Assembly (NCBI GenBank): GCA_965197525.1
Contig: OZ240211.1
Location: 1-64,000, forward strand
DNA: 64,000 bases
Direction: 5' to 3'
Source: Nitrosopumilus sp.
GTDB taxonomy: Archaea > Thermoproteota > Nitrososphaeria > Nitrososphaerales > Nitrosopumilaceae
A model generated the notes under the pieces. The model saw only the letters and a list, made by a program, of their open reading frames with translations, ran no database searches and was not told the DNA's origin. Both the position numbers and the translations under genes were made by a program. Every line of letters begins with the position of its first letter. Positions within the stretch are counted from its first letter, which is position 1. Below, piece by piece: positions 1 to 9,553 of this stretch.

Positions 1-132
1 GCACTCTGATTCTATCCTCTACGTCTATTCTCTTCACACAACGCTCAAATTCTTGCTACCACTACGAAAAATGTTAAAACTCCCTAAGAAAAATTATGCA
101 ATTCTGTCAACTAAACTTGGCAATCATTAATT

Positions 133-3100
133 ATGTTGTCATTTATGGCAGTATTGTCATTGGTCTATATCAAAAAAGTTGAAATCTTTGGTTTCAAATC
201 GTTTGGATTTAAAAATACCACGGTCTCGTTTGAACCCGGTCTAATATCCATATCCGGTCCTAACGGTTCTGGCAAGAGTAACATCCTTGATGCCATAATA
301 TTTGCAATGGGTGAGAACAAACCCAAAGTTATGAGGGTTGACAAGCTGCGATCTCTCATTCATGATATTGAGGGAAATCGCCACGGTCCCAAAATGGCGC
401 GTTCTAGTGTACACTTTGATAACTCTGATAGAAAGATCCCTATCAACTCAGATCTAGTTGAGATTACAAGGGAACTTGATGTAAATGGTGAAAATACGTA
501 TTACCTGAATAAAAAAAAGACAAATCGTAGTCATATCCTTGACTTGCTTGATGTGGCAAATGCAGGACTTGGGCAGCTAAACGCAGTGCAGCAAGGAACC
601 GTGACTCGAATATCTGAATTTACATCCGAAGAGAAGAGAAAGACAATTGAAGATTTAATCGGTCTATCTTACTTTGATGAAAAAAAGGCCGAGTCACTAA
701 AACAACTTGAAGAAGCAGATCGCAGATTGGATATTGCATTAGCCAAGATGGGTGAGATTAAAAAGAGAATTGACGAGTTAGAAGAGGAGAGGAACCAGAA
801 ACTACGGTTTGATCTTGTGAACCGTGAACTTGGCCGCTACAAGGCAATATCTGCTGCAAATCAGCTAAAAGCTGTTACTGCTGAGAAGAGCACCAAAAAG
901 TCCGAGCTAGAATCCATTACATCTCAGATTGCAGCCCTTGATAACTCCCGAGCTGCAGTCAGAGAGGAGATATCAAAATTGGATGCTCAAAGATCAAAAC
1001 TAATGGCTAGCGCAGACATTTACAACAAGGCAAAATCCTCACTTGACACTGAACTAAGCCGTGCATTGGAACAGTATGAAACCCTCAATAGTACTATCTC
1101 TGTATCTGAAAAACGACTAAATCAAATTAATCTTAGAATTCCTGACATCGATGATCAGATTGCAGGCCTGACTAGCACCAAAAACAAACTTGATGCAGAG
1201 ATCCTAGAGATAAAAGAATCCTTGGATCAAACCACCCCATACAAAGACAAGATCAAAGAAAGCATTCGCCAAATTGACATTAAAAGAAACAACATACTTG
1301 CAGAACAATCGCGTATAGCAGCTAAAAAATCTGAACTTGACAAAACCGTCCAATCTCTAACTGCCGCCCTTAATGAAGCCAAGCTAAAACTTGCAAAGAT
1401 TCAACACGGGAAAACAGAGTCCGATAACAAAATTCGTACAAACTCTGAAAAACTTCTTGAACTAGATGCAAGTACTACTCAGCTCATCAAATACCAAACC
1501 CGTATTGAGACCATCCTAAAAAATCACCATGAAACTATCTCTAAACTCAAATCCCAAATTGAAAAGCTTCATGCAGACAAATCAAAGATATTGCATGACT
1601 GTGAAGATCTAGAACTCATTCTTGAAAAGTCAAGCAAGGTTGCAACTCAGTACGATTCCAAGATAAAAACTGTAAAGGGATTTATGCATGAGGATTATAC
1701 TGTTGCAAAATTAAAAGAAGATCCTCAAATACTTGGAATCCGTGGCCTAGTCTATGAGATTATCTCGTGGGATAAGCAGTATGAGCGATGTGTCTTGGCA
1801 GTCGGTTCTGACTGGATAAAATCTCTTGTAGTGGATGACTTTGCCACGCTACTTGGAATTGCCCAAATTGCTAAAGACAAAAACCTCTCAAAACTAAAGA
1901 TCATTCCTTTGGGAACCATTCCTAAATTTGATCTTAGTCTGCCTGACGAGCCAGGAATCTTGGGCGTTCTTTCCGACTTTGTAAAATGTGATCCGCAATA
2001 CTCTTCTCTTAAGACATTCCTCTTTGGGAATGTTATACTGGCAAAAGACAAAGAATCTGCCTTTAATCTCTCTCAGCTGGGGTATAGGTCAGTAACTATT
2101 ACAGGCGAATACTTTGAGGCAGACGGTGGTACTGTAGTAATTGATATAAATTCCAAGATCTCCAAACTTACCAAACTCATCTCTATGAGTAGTGATATTG
2201 ATGGATTACTACGTCATATTGCTTTGATAAAGAGATACGTACAAAAAAAGAAACACACTGTGAAGAAACTAGACGAATCAATCCAGTTACATACCAAACG
2301 ATTGTCTTTGTCTGAAAACTCTCTGACTTCTGCAAACGAGAACTATTCCCATTTAAACACTAAAATCAAATCTACGCAAACCATTCGGGATAAGCTAACG
2401 CAACGAATATCAGACTTTACATCACGTAATAGTTCCATTGAATCCCAAATCAGTACTGAGGAATCTAGCATAAAATCTCTGCAACAACAACTTGCAACTG
2501 CTAAATCCCAGTACACCTCTGATGGCGGACCTGACAATACTGCCCAACAACTATCTGAGGTTAATCAAATAAAATCAGATTGCGAAAAATTACATACACA
2601 GGTAATGGAGCAATACCAAAGCCAATCATACGGTCTAACGGCACTTCAAGCCCAACAGAGCGGAACAAACACTCAGCTAAACAATCTCACTGGCGAAAGA
2701 GATGCTCTAATTTTAGAACGAGAACAACTAGATGTAAAAATTCAGGACATGCAAAAATCCAAAATGTCACAAGATGCGATTCTTGTAAATCTGAGGGACA
2801 AGGAACAAAAACTGATCTCAAATTCAGGTTCTTCTATAGATGATATCCAAGAATTTGACAGTCAACTAAACAAGCTATCTTCTAACGAACGGGGTCTGAC
2901 CAAACAAATAAACACACATGAACGTCAATCTGATTCATTAAACCGCGATCTAGGCGACTTGGTTGCCAAACAGTCAAACCTGAATCAAGTTCTTACGTCA
3001 TTTGGATTTGAACAAAGTACTGAAACATTTGATGTTGAATCTATTATCGATGGACTCTCATCTGAGCTATCATCTCTATCTGCACTCAATGCCAAGGCTC

Positions 3101-3687
3101 CTCAGACATATCTTGAGGTATCATACGGATATCGTTCCATGTCTGATAGAAAGAACTCTCTTGAGGAAGAGCGCAACGGCATAGTCAAATTCATGGATGA
3201 TATTGACCGCGACAAAAAACAGACATTCCTTGACGCCTTTGACAAAGTTGACAAGGAGATTCGATTAATATTCCATAACATGACTGATGGCAATGCTTGG
3301 CTTGAACTGCAAGACGAGGATAACATATTTAGTTCAGGCATATCATATCTGCTCCAATTCCCAAACAAGCCCAAAAGAGAATCAACATCAATTAGTGGTG
3401 GAGAAAAGACATTGGCTGCCATCGTGTTTGTTCTTGCATTGCAAAGACTAAAACCATCCCCATTTTACTTGTTTGACGAAGTAGATGCGCATCTTGATGC
3501 TCCAAACGCCAAAAGACTTGCAAAAATACTAGAGGAGCGTTCTCTTGAGAGCCAATTTATCATGGTTTCCCTAAAGGACTCTGTCATACAAAAAGCCAAG
3601 CTCATCTATGGGGTATTTCCAAAAAACGGTGTTTCAAATGTTGTAACATACAAAGACAAGCGAATCCCTTCAGTCAGTACCGTCTAA
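133..3687 (+). CDS. smc: Chromosome segregation protein SMC (likely start TTG at 160)
   Basis: Walker A GPNGSGKS, long coiled coils with central hinge, signature ISGGEK, Walker B LFDEVDAHLD; 1184 aa. Confidence 0.97.
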   Translation: MLSFMAVLSLVYIKKVEIFGFKSFGFKNTTVSFEPGLISISGPNGSGKSNILDAIIFAMGENKPKVMRVDKLRSLIHDIEGNRHGPKMARSSVHFDNSDRKIPINSDLVEITRELDVNGENTYYLNKKKTNRSHILDLLDVANAGLGQLNAVQQGTVTRISEFTSEEKRKTIEDLIGLSYFDEKKAESLKQLEEADRRLDIALAKMGEIKKRIDELEEERNQKLRFDLVNRELGRYKAISAANQLKAVTAEKSTKKSELESITSQIAALDNSRAAVREEISKLDAQRSKLMASADIYNKAKSSLDTELSRALEQYETLNSTISVSEKRLNQINLRIPDIDDQIAGLTSTKNKLDAEILEIKESLDQTTPYKDKIKESIRQIDIKRNNILAEQSRIAAKKSELDKTVQSLTAALNEAKLKLAKIQHGKTESDNKIRTNSEKLLELDASTTQLIKYQTRIETILKNHHETISKLKSQIEKLHADKSKILHDCEDLELILEKSSKVATQYDSKIKTVKGFMHEDYTVAKLKEDPQILGIRGLVYEIISWDKQYERCVLAVGSDWIKSLVVDDFATLLGIAQIAKDKNLSKLKIIPLGTIPKFDLSLPDEPGILGVLSDFVKCDPQYSSLKTFLFGNVILAKDKESAFNLSQLGYRSVTITGEYFEADGGTVVIDINSKISKLTKLISMSSDIDGLLRHIALIKRYVQKKKHTVKKLDESIQLHTKRLSLSENSLTSANENYSHLNTKIKSTQTIRDKLTQRISDFTSRNSSIESQISTEESSIKSLQQQLATAKSQYTSDGGPDNTAQQLSEVNQIKSDCEKLHTQVMEQYQSQSYGLTALQAQQSGTNTQLNNLTGERDALILEREQLDVKIQDMQKSKMSQDAILVNLRDKEQKLISNSGSSIDDIQEFDSQLNKLSSNERGLTKQINTHERQSDSLNRDLGDLVAKQSNLNQVLTSFGFEQSTETFDVESIIDGLSSELSSLSALNAKAPQTYLEVSYGYRSMSDRKNSLEEERNGIVKFMDDIDRDKKQTFLDAFDKVDKEIRLIFHNMTDGNAWLELQDEDNIFSSGISYLLQFPNKPKRESTSISGGEKTLAAIVFVLALQRLKPSPFYLFDEVDAHLDAPNAKRLAKILEERSLESQFIMVSLKDSVIQKAKLIYGVFPKNGVSNVVTYKDKRIPSVSTV

Positions 3688-4647
3688 TTTTACATGACAC
3701 GCACAGTGATGTCCTGGCTCTTTCTCTTCTAGTGGGGGTTCCTTGCCGCATTCATCTATGGCATATGGGCATCTTGCCTTGAATCTGCACTCCTGAGACA
3801 TTGGCATGTCCTCTGTATCGTTAATACGTATGTCTCTTTTTTTGTATAGGTTATCTGGGTTGGGTTCTGATATTGCATCAATCAATGCCTGTGTGTATGG
3901 ATGCTTGGGACTTGTCAAGACTTTGTTTATTGGTCCTACCTCTACAATCTTTCCTCTGTATAGGATTCCAATTACATGGCCAAAATACTTGGCTGTTGCC
4001 AAATCATGAGTGATGTAAATAAATGAGATGCCGTGAGTTTTTTGAATCTGTTTCATCATCTCAAGCATCTCTGCTCTAACTGAGACATCGAGCATGGATA
4101 CTGGCTCATCAGCTAGTATTATCTTTGGTTTTAGCACCAATGCTCTTGCTAGCACTACTCTCTGTCTCTGTCCTCCTGATAACATATGTGGATATCTCTT
4201 TGCAATATCTTCTGCAGGTTCTAGTTTTACCTCTTGTAGTACTTGGATGACTCTTGATGCTCTGTCTTTTTTGTCCCCTACATTGTGTATCTCTAGCGGT
4301 TCTGATATTATCTGCTCTACTCTCATTCTTGGGTCCATGGAATCATATGGATCCTGGTGTATCATCTGGCAATTCATTCTAATCTTTGTCATATTTTTTT
4401 TGTCATTGTCAATTACCTGATCCTCGAAGATTATCTTGCCTGAATCTGGCTGGATTGATTTTAAAATTAGTTTTGCTATGGTAGTCTTCCCTGATCCTGA
4501 CTCGCCTGCTAGTACCAGCACCTGCCCTTTTTTTAAAGAGAACGTCACATCGTCTACTGCTCTCACAGTTGTGGATTTGGAACTAAATATTCTCTTTTTT
4601 GTATAAAACTTTGATAGGTGCTCAACTTGTAGTATCGCGTCTGTCAT
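3670..4647 (-). CDS. Oligopeptide/dipeptide ABC transporter ATP-binding subunit (OppF/DppF-like)
   Basis: GESGSGKT, LSGGQRQR, ILADEP, C-terminal HPYT..L and CRF..RCP..C Cys-rich oligo_HPY tail. Confidence 0.93.
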   Translation of the reverse strand: MTDAILQVEHLSKFYTKKRIFSSKSTTVRAVDDVTFSLKKGQVLVLAGESGSGKTTIAKLILKSIQPDSGKIIFEDQVIDNDKKNMTKIRMNCQMIHQDPYDSMDPRMRVEQIISEPLEIHNVGDKKDRASRVIQVLQEVKLEPAEDIAKRYPHMLSGGQRQRVVLARALVLKPKIILADEPVSMLDVSVRAEMLEMMKQIQKTHGISFIYITHDLATAKYFGHVIGILYRGKIVEVGPINKVLTSPKHPYTQALIDAISEPNPDNLYKKRDIRINDTEDMPMSQECRFKARCPYAIDECGKEPPLEEKEPGHHCACHVKLDGTD

Positions 4648-4747
4648 ATCTCTTGTTAAATGACGGGTTCTATATCAAGGATACAGTCATGTGTTGTGCG
4701 CTCTAGGTCTCAACTATATGCCTGAGTTATCCTGTTAGAGGGGGAGG

Positions 4748-4782
4748 AGTTGTTGTTGGTGTTGTTGTTGGTGTTGTTGGTG
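4748..4782. repeat. GTT/GGT low-complexity microsatellite in intergenic DNA
   Basis: gttgttgttggt gttgttgttggt gttgttggt read directly. Confidence 0.7.
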
Positions 4783-4904
4783 TATTGACGATATTTATCA
4801 TATGTCTATTGTGTAACTTGTAACAATTAATAATGCACTTTATCATCCAATGTGCTTAAAATCATTGCTAACGCATTTATGCTTAGCAAAGACAGATCTA
4901 ATAC

Positions 4905-5933
4905 TTGAATGATATGGCAGACAATCATCTTGTTTACAAAAAATACGTTATAGATTCCAAGCTTGAATACTTTAAACCTCATGCAAGCAGTATTGAGAAG
5001 ACATTTGCTCAGGAGATATACTCTAGTCTTAATCGTGACTCTAAATTCATCTCTCCCAAGTTTTTTTATGATCAGAGGGGATCAGAGCTGTTTGAGCAAA
5101 TCTGTGTCTTGCCTGAATACTATCCCACACGAACAGAGATTAATATCCTAAAGAACATGCAAGACGAGTTGCCGCAATACCTTGATGAAACCTTTCAACT
5201 AGTAGAATTAGGTAGTGGCTCATCAACTAAAACGCGATTGATACTTGATGCTTTTGCTACGCTATACCAAAGCAGAATCGATTACTTTCCAATAGATATA
5301 TCTGAAATTCTAACCGAGAGCTCAGAGCAGCTGTTACGCGATTATGACTCTTTACATATTACTGGAATAATCGATACATACGAGGGGGGATTGGAGTTCC
5401 TTAAAAACTACGACAATAAAAAAAATCTCATAATATTTTTGGGTTCTAGTTTTGGTAATTTTTCACCTGATGATGGACGCCATTTTCTAAAAAAGATAAA
5501 CTCGACTATGCGGCCAGGTGATCTGTTTTTGGTAGGTCTTGATCTAGTAAAGGATACGGAAATTTTAGAATCTGCCTACAATGATTCTGCAGGTGTTACC
5601 GCACAATTCAATCTCAACGTCTTATCTAGAATAAATGATGAACTTGATGCCGATTTTGATCTTGACAATTTTGCACATCACTGTGTTTATGATGACTCAC
5701 ATCAAAGAATAGAGATGTATCTGCGTTCTCTTCTCAACCAGTCAGTTATTATCTCAAAATCCAGTCTCTTGCTGAATTTGAAGAAAGATGAATTAATTCA
5801 TACTGAACACTCGCACAAATATGACATGGCACAAATCTCTGAGTTGTTTGAGAGCACTGGATTCAAAATCGTTAATGTGTGGTATGATGATAAACAATAC
5901 TTTTCAGTCTCTTTGGTATCAAAATTAGATTGA
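4905..5933 (+). CDS. egtD: L-histidine N-alpha-methyltransferase (ergothioneine pathway)
   Basis: PKFFYDQRGSELFEQIC.LPEYYPTRTE, ELGSGS, FLGSSFGNF, GLDLVKD, AYND..GVTA.FNLN, IHTEHSHKY. Confidence 0.93.
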   Translation: MNDMADNHLVYKKYVIDSKLEYFKPHASSIEKTFAQEIYSSLNRDSKFISPKFFYDQRGSELFEQICVLPEYYPTRTEINILKNMQDELPQYLDETFQLVELGSGSSTKTRLILDAFATLYQSRIDYFPIDISEILTESSEQLLRDYDSLHITGIIDTYEGGLEFLKNYDNKKNLIIFLGSSFGNFSPDDGRHFLKKINSTMRPGDLFLVGLDLVKDTEILESAYNDSAGVTAQFNLNVLSRINDELDADFDLDNFAHHCVYDDSHQRIEMYLRSLLNQSVIISKSSLLLNLKKDELIHTEHSHKYDMAQISELFESTGFKIVNVWYDDKQYFSVSLVSKLD

Positions 5934-6045
5934 TACACAGCTGCTACCTGTATTGATGGTGTGGCATCGTGTTGATAACATCGATAATGGCCACTGCAAA
6001 ATTACAGATAATTACCACACGACAAAAGCAATGGTGATTTAATCA

Positions 6046-7470
6046 TCATCTGCTACAGCATCTAAAACCTGAGAATAGCCACCGTTCATCTAGTCTGAAA
6101 AAGTTTCTATAACTTGTTCTAATTGACATTTGAGGCGTTCCAAATGATCCTCCTCTTAGGACTTTTTGATTTGTAAACCACTTGTCATTATATTCATCGA
6201 AATCCGATTTGAATCCTGGATATCCTACAAACTCTGACGCAGTCCACTCCCAGACATCGCCAATCATCTGATGACACCCTGCATGACTCTTTCCATTAGG
6301 AAATGATCCTATCTCTGAGCATCCCCAATAGTGTGATTCGAGTAGATTACACCTATCGCTTGTAGGGGGTTGATTGCCCCATGGGTACAATGTCTTTTTT
6401 TGTGTTTCTTCACTCCAACATGCTGCCTTTTCCCATTCAGCTTCTGTAGGTAATCTCTTTCCTGCCCACTTGCAGTATGCGTCTGCCTCATAGTAACTCA
6501 CATGACATACTGGCTGATTTGGATTTATCTTTCTTATTCCCATAAAATCTCGTACATACCATTGGCCGTCTCGTTGCTCCCAATACATTGGAGCATTCCA
6601 GTTGTTTTCCTTTACCTTCTCCCAACCGTCAGATAACCAATACTTGTACGTGTTGTACCCGCCATCGAGAATAAATTCCACATACTGTTGATTTGTAACT
6701 GGATATGCGTCAATACTATAATCATTTAGATACACTTTATGTTCTGGCAATTCAATGTCGTAGCAATACTCATCTCCGTTATATCCTTGTATGTATAATC
6801 CCCCTTTGATGCGAATTGGTTCTTCTGCTTCTTCTTTTGTTTTGGGCTGACTTGTTATTATATTGTTTTTGTTTATCGGTCTGTATGTGTCTGCAAGTAG
6901 ATGTTGCAAATCATATACCAAGAGCTCCTGATGTTGACATTCATGATGCAGACCCATTATGATGAGTTTTCTTGCATTCTGATCTAATGTATTATCTCTG
7001 ATAAATTGCAGTACCCGTTGATTAACGGTGTTAAAGTATTGGAATATTTGGTCTGTTGTGGGCCTTGATACTATGCCTCGCAGTTTTTTGTCGTGCGGAA
7101 CTCCAAACTGCTGATAGTATGAGTTCAGGTATTCTGAGAACTCTGTTGAATAAAATTCGTAATTTTTATCCAATTTACTCATAATTGCCTCGTAAATCCA
7201 GCTTACGTGGCCTATGTGCCATTTTGGCGGGCTCATAAATGGTGCTGTCTGAACTACAAAATCATCTGTCTGCAACGGCTTTACTAGTTCTAATGTTCTA
7301 TCTCTCGTTTCTTTGAACTGTAGCAATAGAGTATTTTTTATCTGATCTTCTTCTTCTTCTTCTACTTTTTTTGTTGTGGTTGATTCTTTTACCTCTAGTT
7401 TCGAGTCTAATGTCATTAATAATAGACCATTTTTGACTACTATTATTGTGTTTGCGCATGCATTGTACAT
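6046..7470 (-). CDS. egtB: Ergothioneine biosynthesis sulfoxide synthase (DinB_2 + FGE-sulfatase domains); likely start near 7416
   Basis: SPPKWHIGHVSW, iron-binding HECQHQE (H-x3-H-x-E), RLPTEAEWEKAA, GDVWEW, RGGSF, FSGFRC; convergent with egtD. Confidence 0.9.
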   Translation of the reverse strand: MYNACANTIIVVKNGLLLMTLDSKLEVKESTTTKKVEEEEEDQIKNTLLLQFKETRDRTLELVKPLQTDDFVVQTAPFMSPPKWHIGHVSWIYEAIMSKLDKNYEFYSTEFSEYLNSYYQQFGVPHDKKLRGIVSRPTTDQIFQYFNTVNQRVLQFIRDNTLDQNARKLIIMGLHHECQHQELLVYDLQHLLADTYRPINKNNIITSQPKTKEEAEEPIRIKGGLYIQGYNGDEYCYDIELPEHKVYLNDYSIDAYPVTNQQYVEFILDGGYNTYKYWLSDGWEKVKENNWNAPMYWEQRDGQWYVRDFMGIRKINPNQPVCHVSYYEADAYCKWAGKRLPTEAEWEKAACWSEETQKKTLYPWGNQPPTSDRCNLLESHYWGCSEIGSFPNGKSHAGCHQMIGDVWEWTASEFVGYPGFKSDFDEYNDKWFTNQKVLRGGSFGTPQMSIRTSYRNFFRLDERWLFSGFRCCSR

Positions 7471-7740
7471 CTATATCTGTTATAATTATACAAAAAATAT
7501 CTGAATCATCTTGACTTGAATATTGATACTGATGCCATTCTTGTTACACGAAACTGTTTCTTGATTTTCTGGGTGTTTTATGTATCGTTGTTTTGTGATA
7601 TTTGAGAACTTGGTTATTTTTAAACAGCATTACAGAACGTTAAATCTATACAAAATTTACGCCTCTGAGTTCTTCTCTGGCATATAATGTTCAGACATTG
7701 CAATCAGCTTGTGCGCCATGTCTGAATATCCATTCATTAA

Positions 7741-8646
7741 TCATACTCTAGTTGTAACTGTCACTCCGTCTTCAGTTGGAATAAACGTATGTTCTGCTTG
7801 TGCAACTCTTTGTTCATTTACTTCAATCAGAACAGGGTATGCTTGAACCGCTTTCTTTTTTATCAAAATTTGCAACAGCTCGTCTACCTTGTCTACTTTG
7901 TCTTCTTCTTGCCATTCGTTTGTAATCCATCTTAGTGCAAATGGCAGCATGTTGAATCTCTCCCAAATAAAATCAAGTAGTTTATCTGCTTTGTCATTTT
8001 TTGTTCTCTTCCGTGAGTTTAATGCAAAAATATTCTTGGTTTTACCGTTCCTTACAAATCCTCCTCCGTCATTTGTAGTTACAAACGGTTCACATGCATA
8101 TGCTGAATCTTCTGATAGCGCAAATCCTCCGATAGACCATATGTTTGGGATTGACCGTCCTGCATGAATTGTATATTTGTCCAACGAATGTCCGCTAAGG
8201 TTTGCAATAGGTTTGAATCCTCTCTTTTTAATCGTCGACTCTATCGTTCGCCCTACATCACTCGATTTCACTCCTGACTTTATCATTGATATTGCATCTC
8301 CCAACGCCGTCTCTGCTGCTTGAACTAGTCCATCAAATCGCGTATCATAACATACAGTTACAGCAGTATCTGCGATGTATCCATCAATCTGTGCACCAAG
8401 ATCAATCTTTACTAGATCCGTATCTTTGATTGTAATCTGGTCATCTGGCTCTGCTGTATAATGTGCTGCTATCTCATTGATACTGGTGTTGACTGGAAAT
8501 GCACATTTTGCTCCTCTTCTTTTGATCTCATCTTCTACCTGCTCACAAATTTCATAAACTGTCTTGCCTATCCAATTCTTTGTCCTTGCAATCTCCCTTA
8601 CCTCTGCTGCTATCTTTCCTGCTTTGATGTATTCTTGGGTCTGCAT
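7741..8646 (-). CDS. map: Methionine aminopeptidase type II
   Basis: AFPVNTSINEIAAHY, KIDLGAQIDGYIADTA, NLSGH, YACEPF, AQAEHT. Confidence 0.96.
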   Translation of the reverse strand: MQTQEYIKAGKIAAEVREIARTKNWIGKTVYEICEQVEDEIKRRGAKCAFPVNTSINEIAAHYTAEPDDQITIKDTDLVKIDLGAQIDGYIADTAVTVCYDTRFDGLVQAAETALGDAISMIKSGVKSSDVGRTIESTIKKRGFKPIANLSGHSLDKYTIHAGRSIPNIWSIGGFALSEDSAYACEPFVTTNDGGGFVRNGKTKNIFALNSRKRTKNDKADKLLDFIWERFNMLPFALRWITNEWQEEDKVDKVDELLQILIKKKAVQAYPVLIEVNEQRVAQAEHTFIPTEDGVTVTTRV

Positions 8647-8741
8647 GTCTTTGACTAGTTGTATGCCTTTAAAACGATTACCTGCTTTTCAAATAAATGA
8701 TCATATGTGAGGCTTAAATTGGGTAATTTCATAATTTTAAT

Positions 8742-8818
8742 GGGATCGTGGTCTAGCTTGGTATGATTCTGCGTTTGGGACGCAGAGGTCGCGAATTCGA
8801 ATTTCGCCGATCCCACCA
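8742..8818 (+). tRNA. tRNA-Pro(TGG), CCA encoded
   Basis: Acceptor stem GGGATCG/CGATCCC, anticodon arm CTGCG-TTTGGGA-CGCAG, T arm GCGAA-TTCGAAT-TTCGC, ends ACCA. Confidence 0.95.
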
Positions 8819-9157
8819 TTTCTACAATTTATGTTCTCTGTTAACTGCTGGTATTGGCAAATGTCTTGTACATTGACTAATTACAACATATCAGTAGGGT
8901 CTACGACGGCTTGCATTAACCTACATTTGAATTAATTAGGACTTTCTTGCCAGCACTCCACACATGTTATCAATCTCTCTGATTACCACACTATCTGAAC
9001 CTCTCTTCTTCTATAGGTGCATACATTTGCAAATTGCCAGTACCACTATCTTATTATTGATATCAGTCTTGTCGTAACTGCCGAGCAATGAAGAAGAGTT
9101 AGAGTAATGATCGATGAGATAAACAAATGACTCTGAGCTCCGGCATACTTTTATGAC

Positions 9158-9430
9158 TTGGATACCCACATCCTCTTGTTGTACTTTGAACGACGTGATA
9201 TCATTCTAATTGCAGGCTTGATTCTTTTTATGATAGGTTTGCTGCCATTTATGGCGCCCGTCTACGCCGTGCTCATAGTCGTATGCATGTACTTTGGGAT
9301 CAAGATATATGTAGGCAAGAAGAGACAGTTGATTCAAAACGAAGTTGGAGTCGAGGGCCTATGTATGGAGTGTGGCTCAAAGGTTGTCAACAAGAGATGT
9401 CTTCAGTGCGATGAGAATGATCAAAATTAA
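9158..9430 (+). CDS. Small membrane protein with C-terminal CxxC..CxxC zinc ribbon
   Basis: Two hydrophobic segments followed by CMEC...CLQC; TTG start. Confidence 0.65.
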   Translation: MDTHILLLYFERRDIILIAGLILFMIGLLPFMAPVYAVLIVVCMYFGIKIYVGKKRQLIQNEVGVEGLCMECGSKVVNKRCLQCDENDQN

Positions 9431-9553
9431 CCTTGTTTCATGGTCTAAACTGCCATGTTTTTACAATTTTTACATATATGACTTTAACCATAAGCTCAAC
9501 TTTTTCTCTATCCTATTTTAAAATGCTTTTTGATCAAATCATCTTGAAGACAA

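Noticed and set aside
1-60. Possible start of a gene divergent from smc
   Set aside because: Too little sequence to choose a frame.
8742-8818. tRNA-Pro as integration site for the island
   Set aside because: I found no second copy of its 3' end in the window, and core-type genes follow it.
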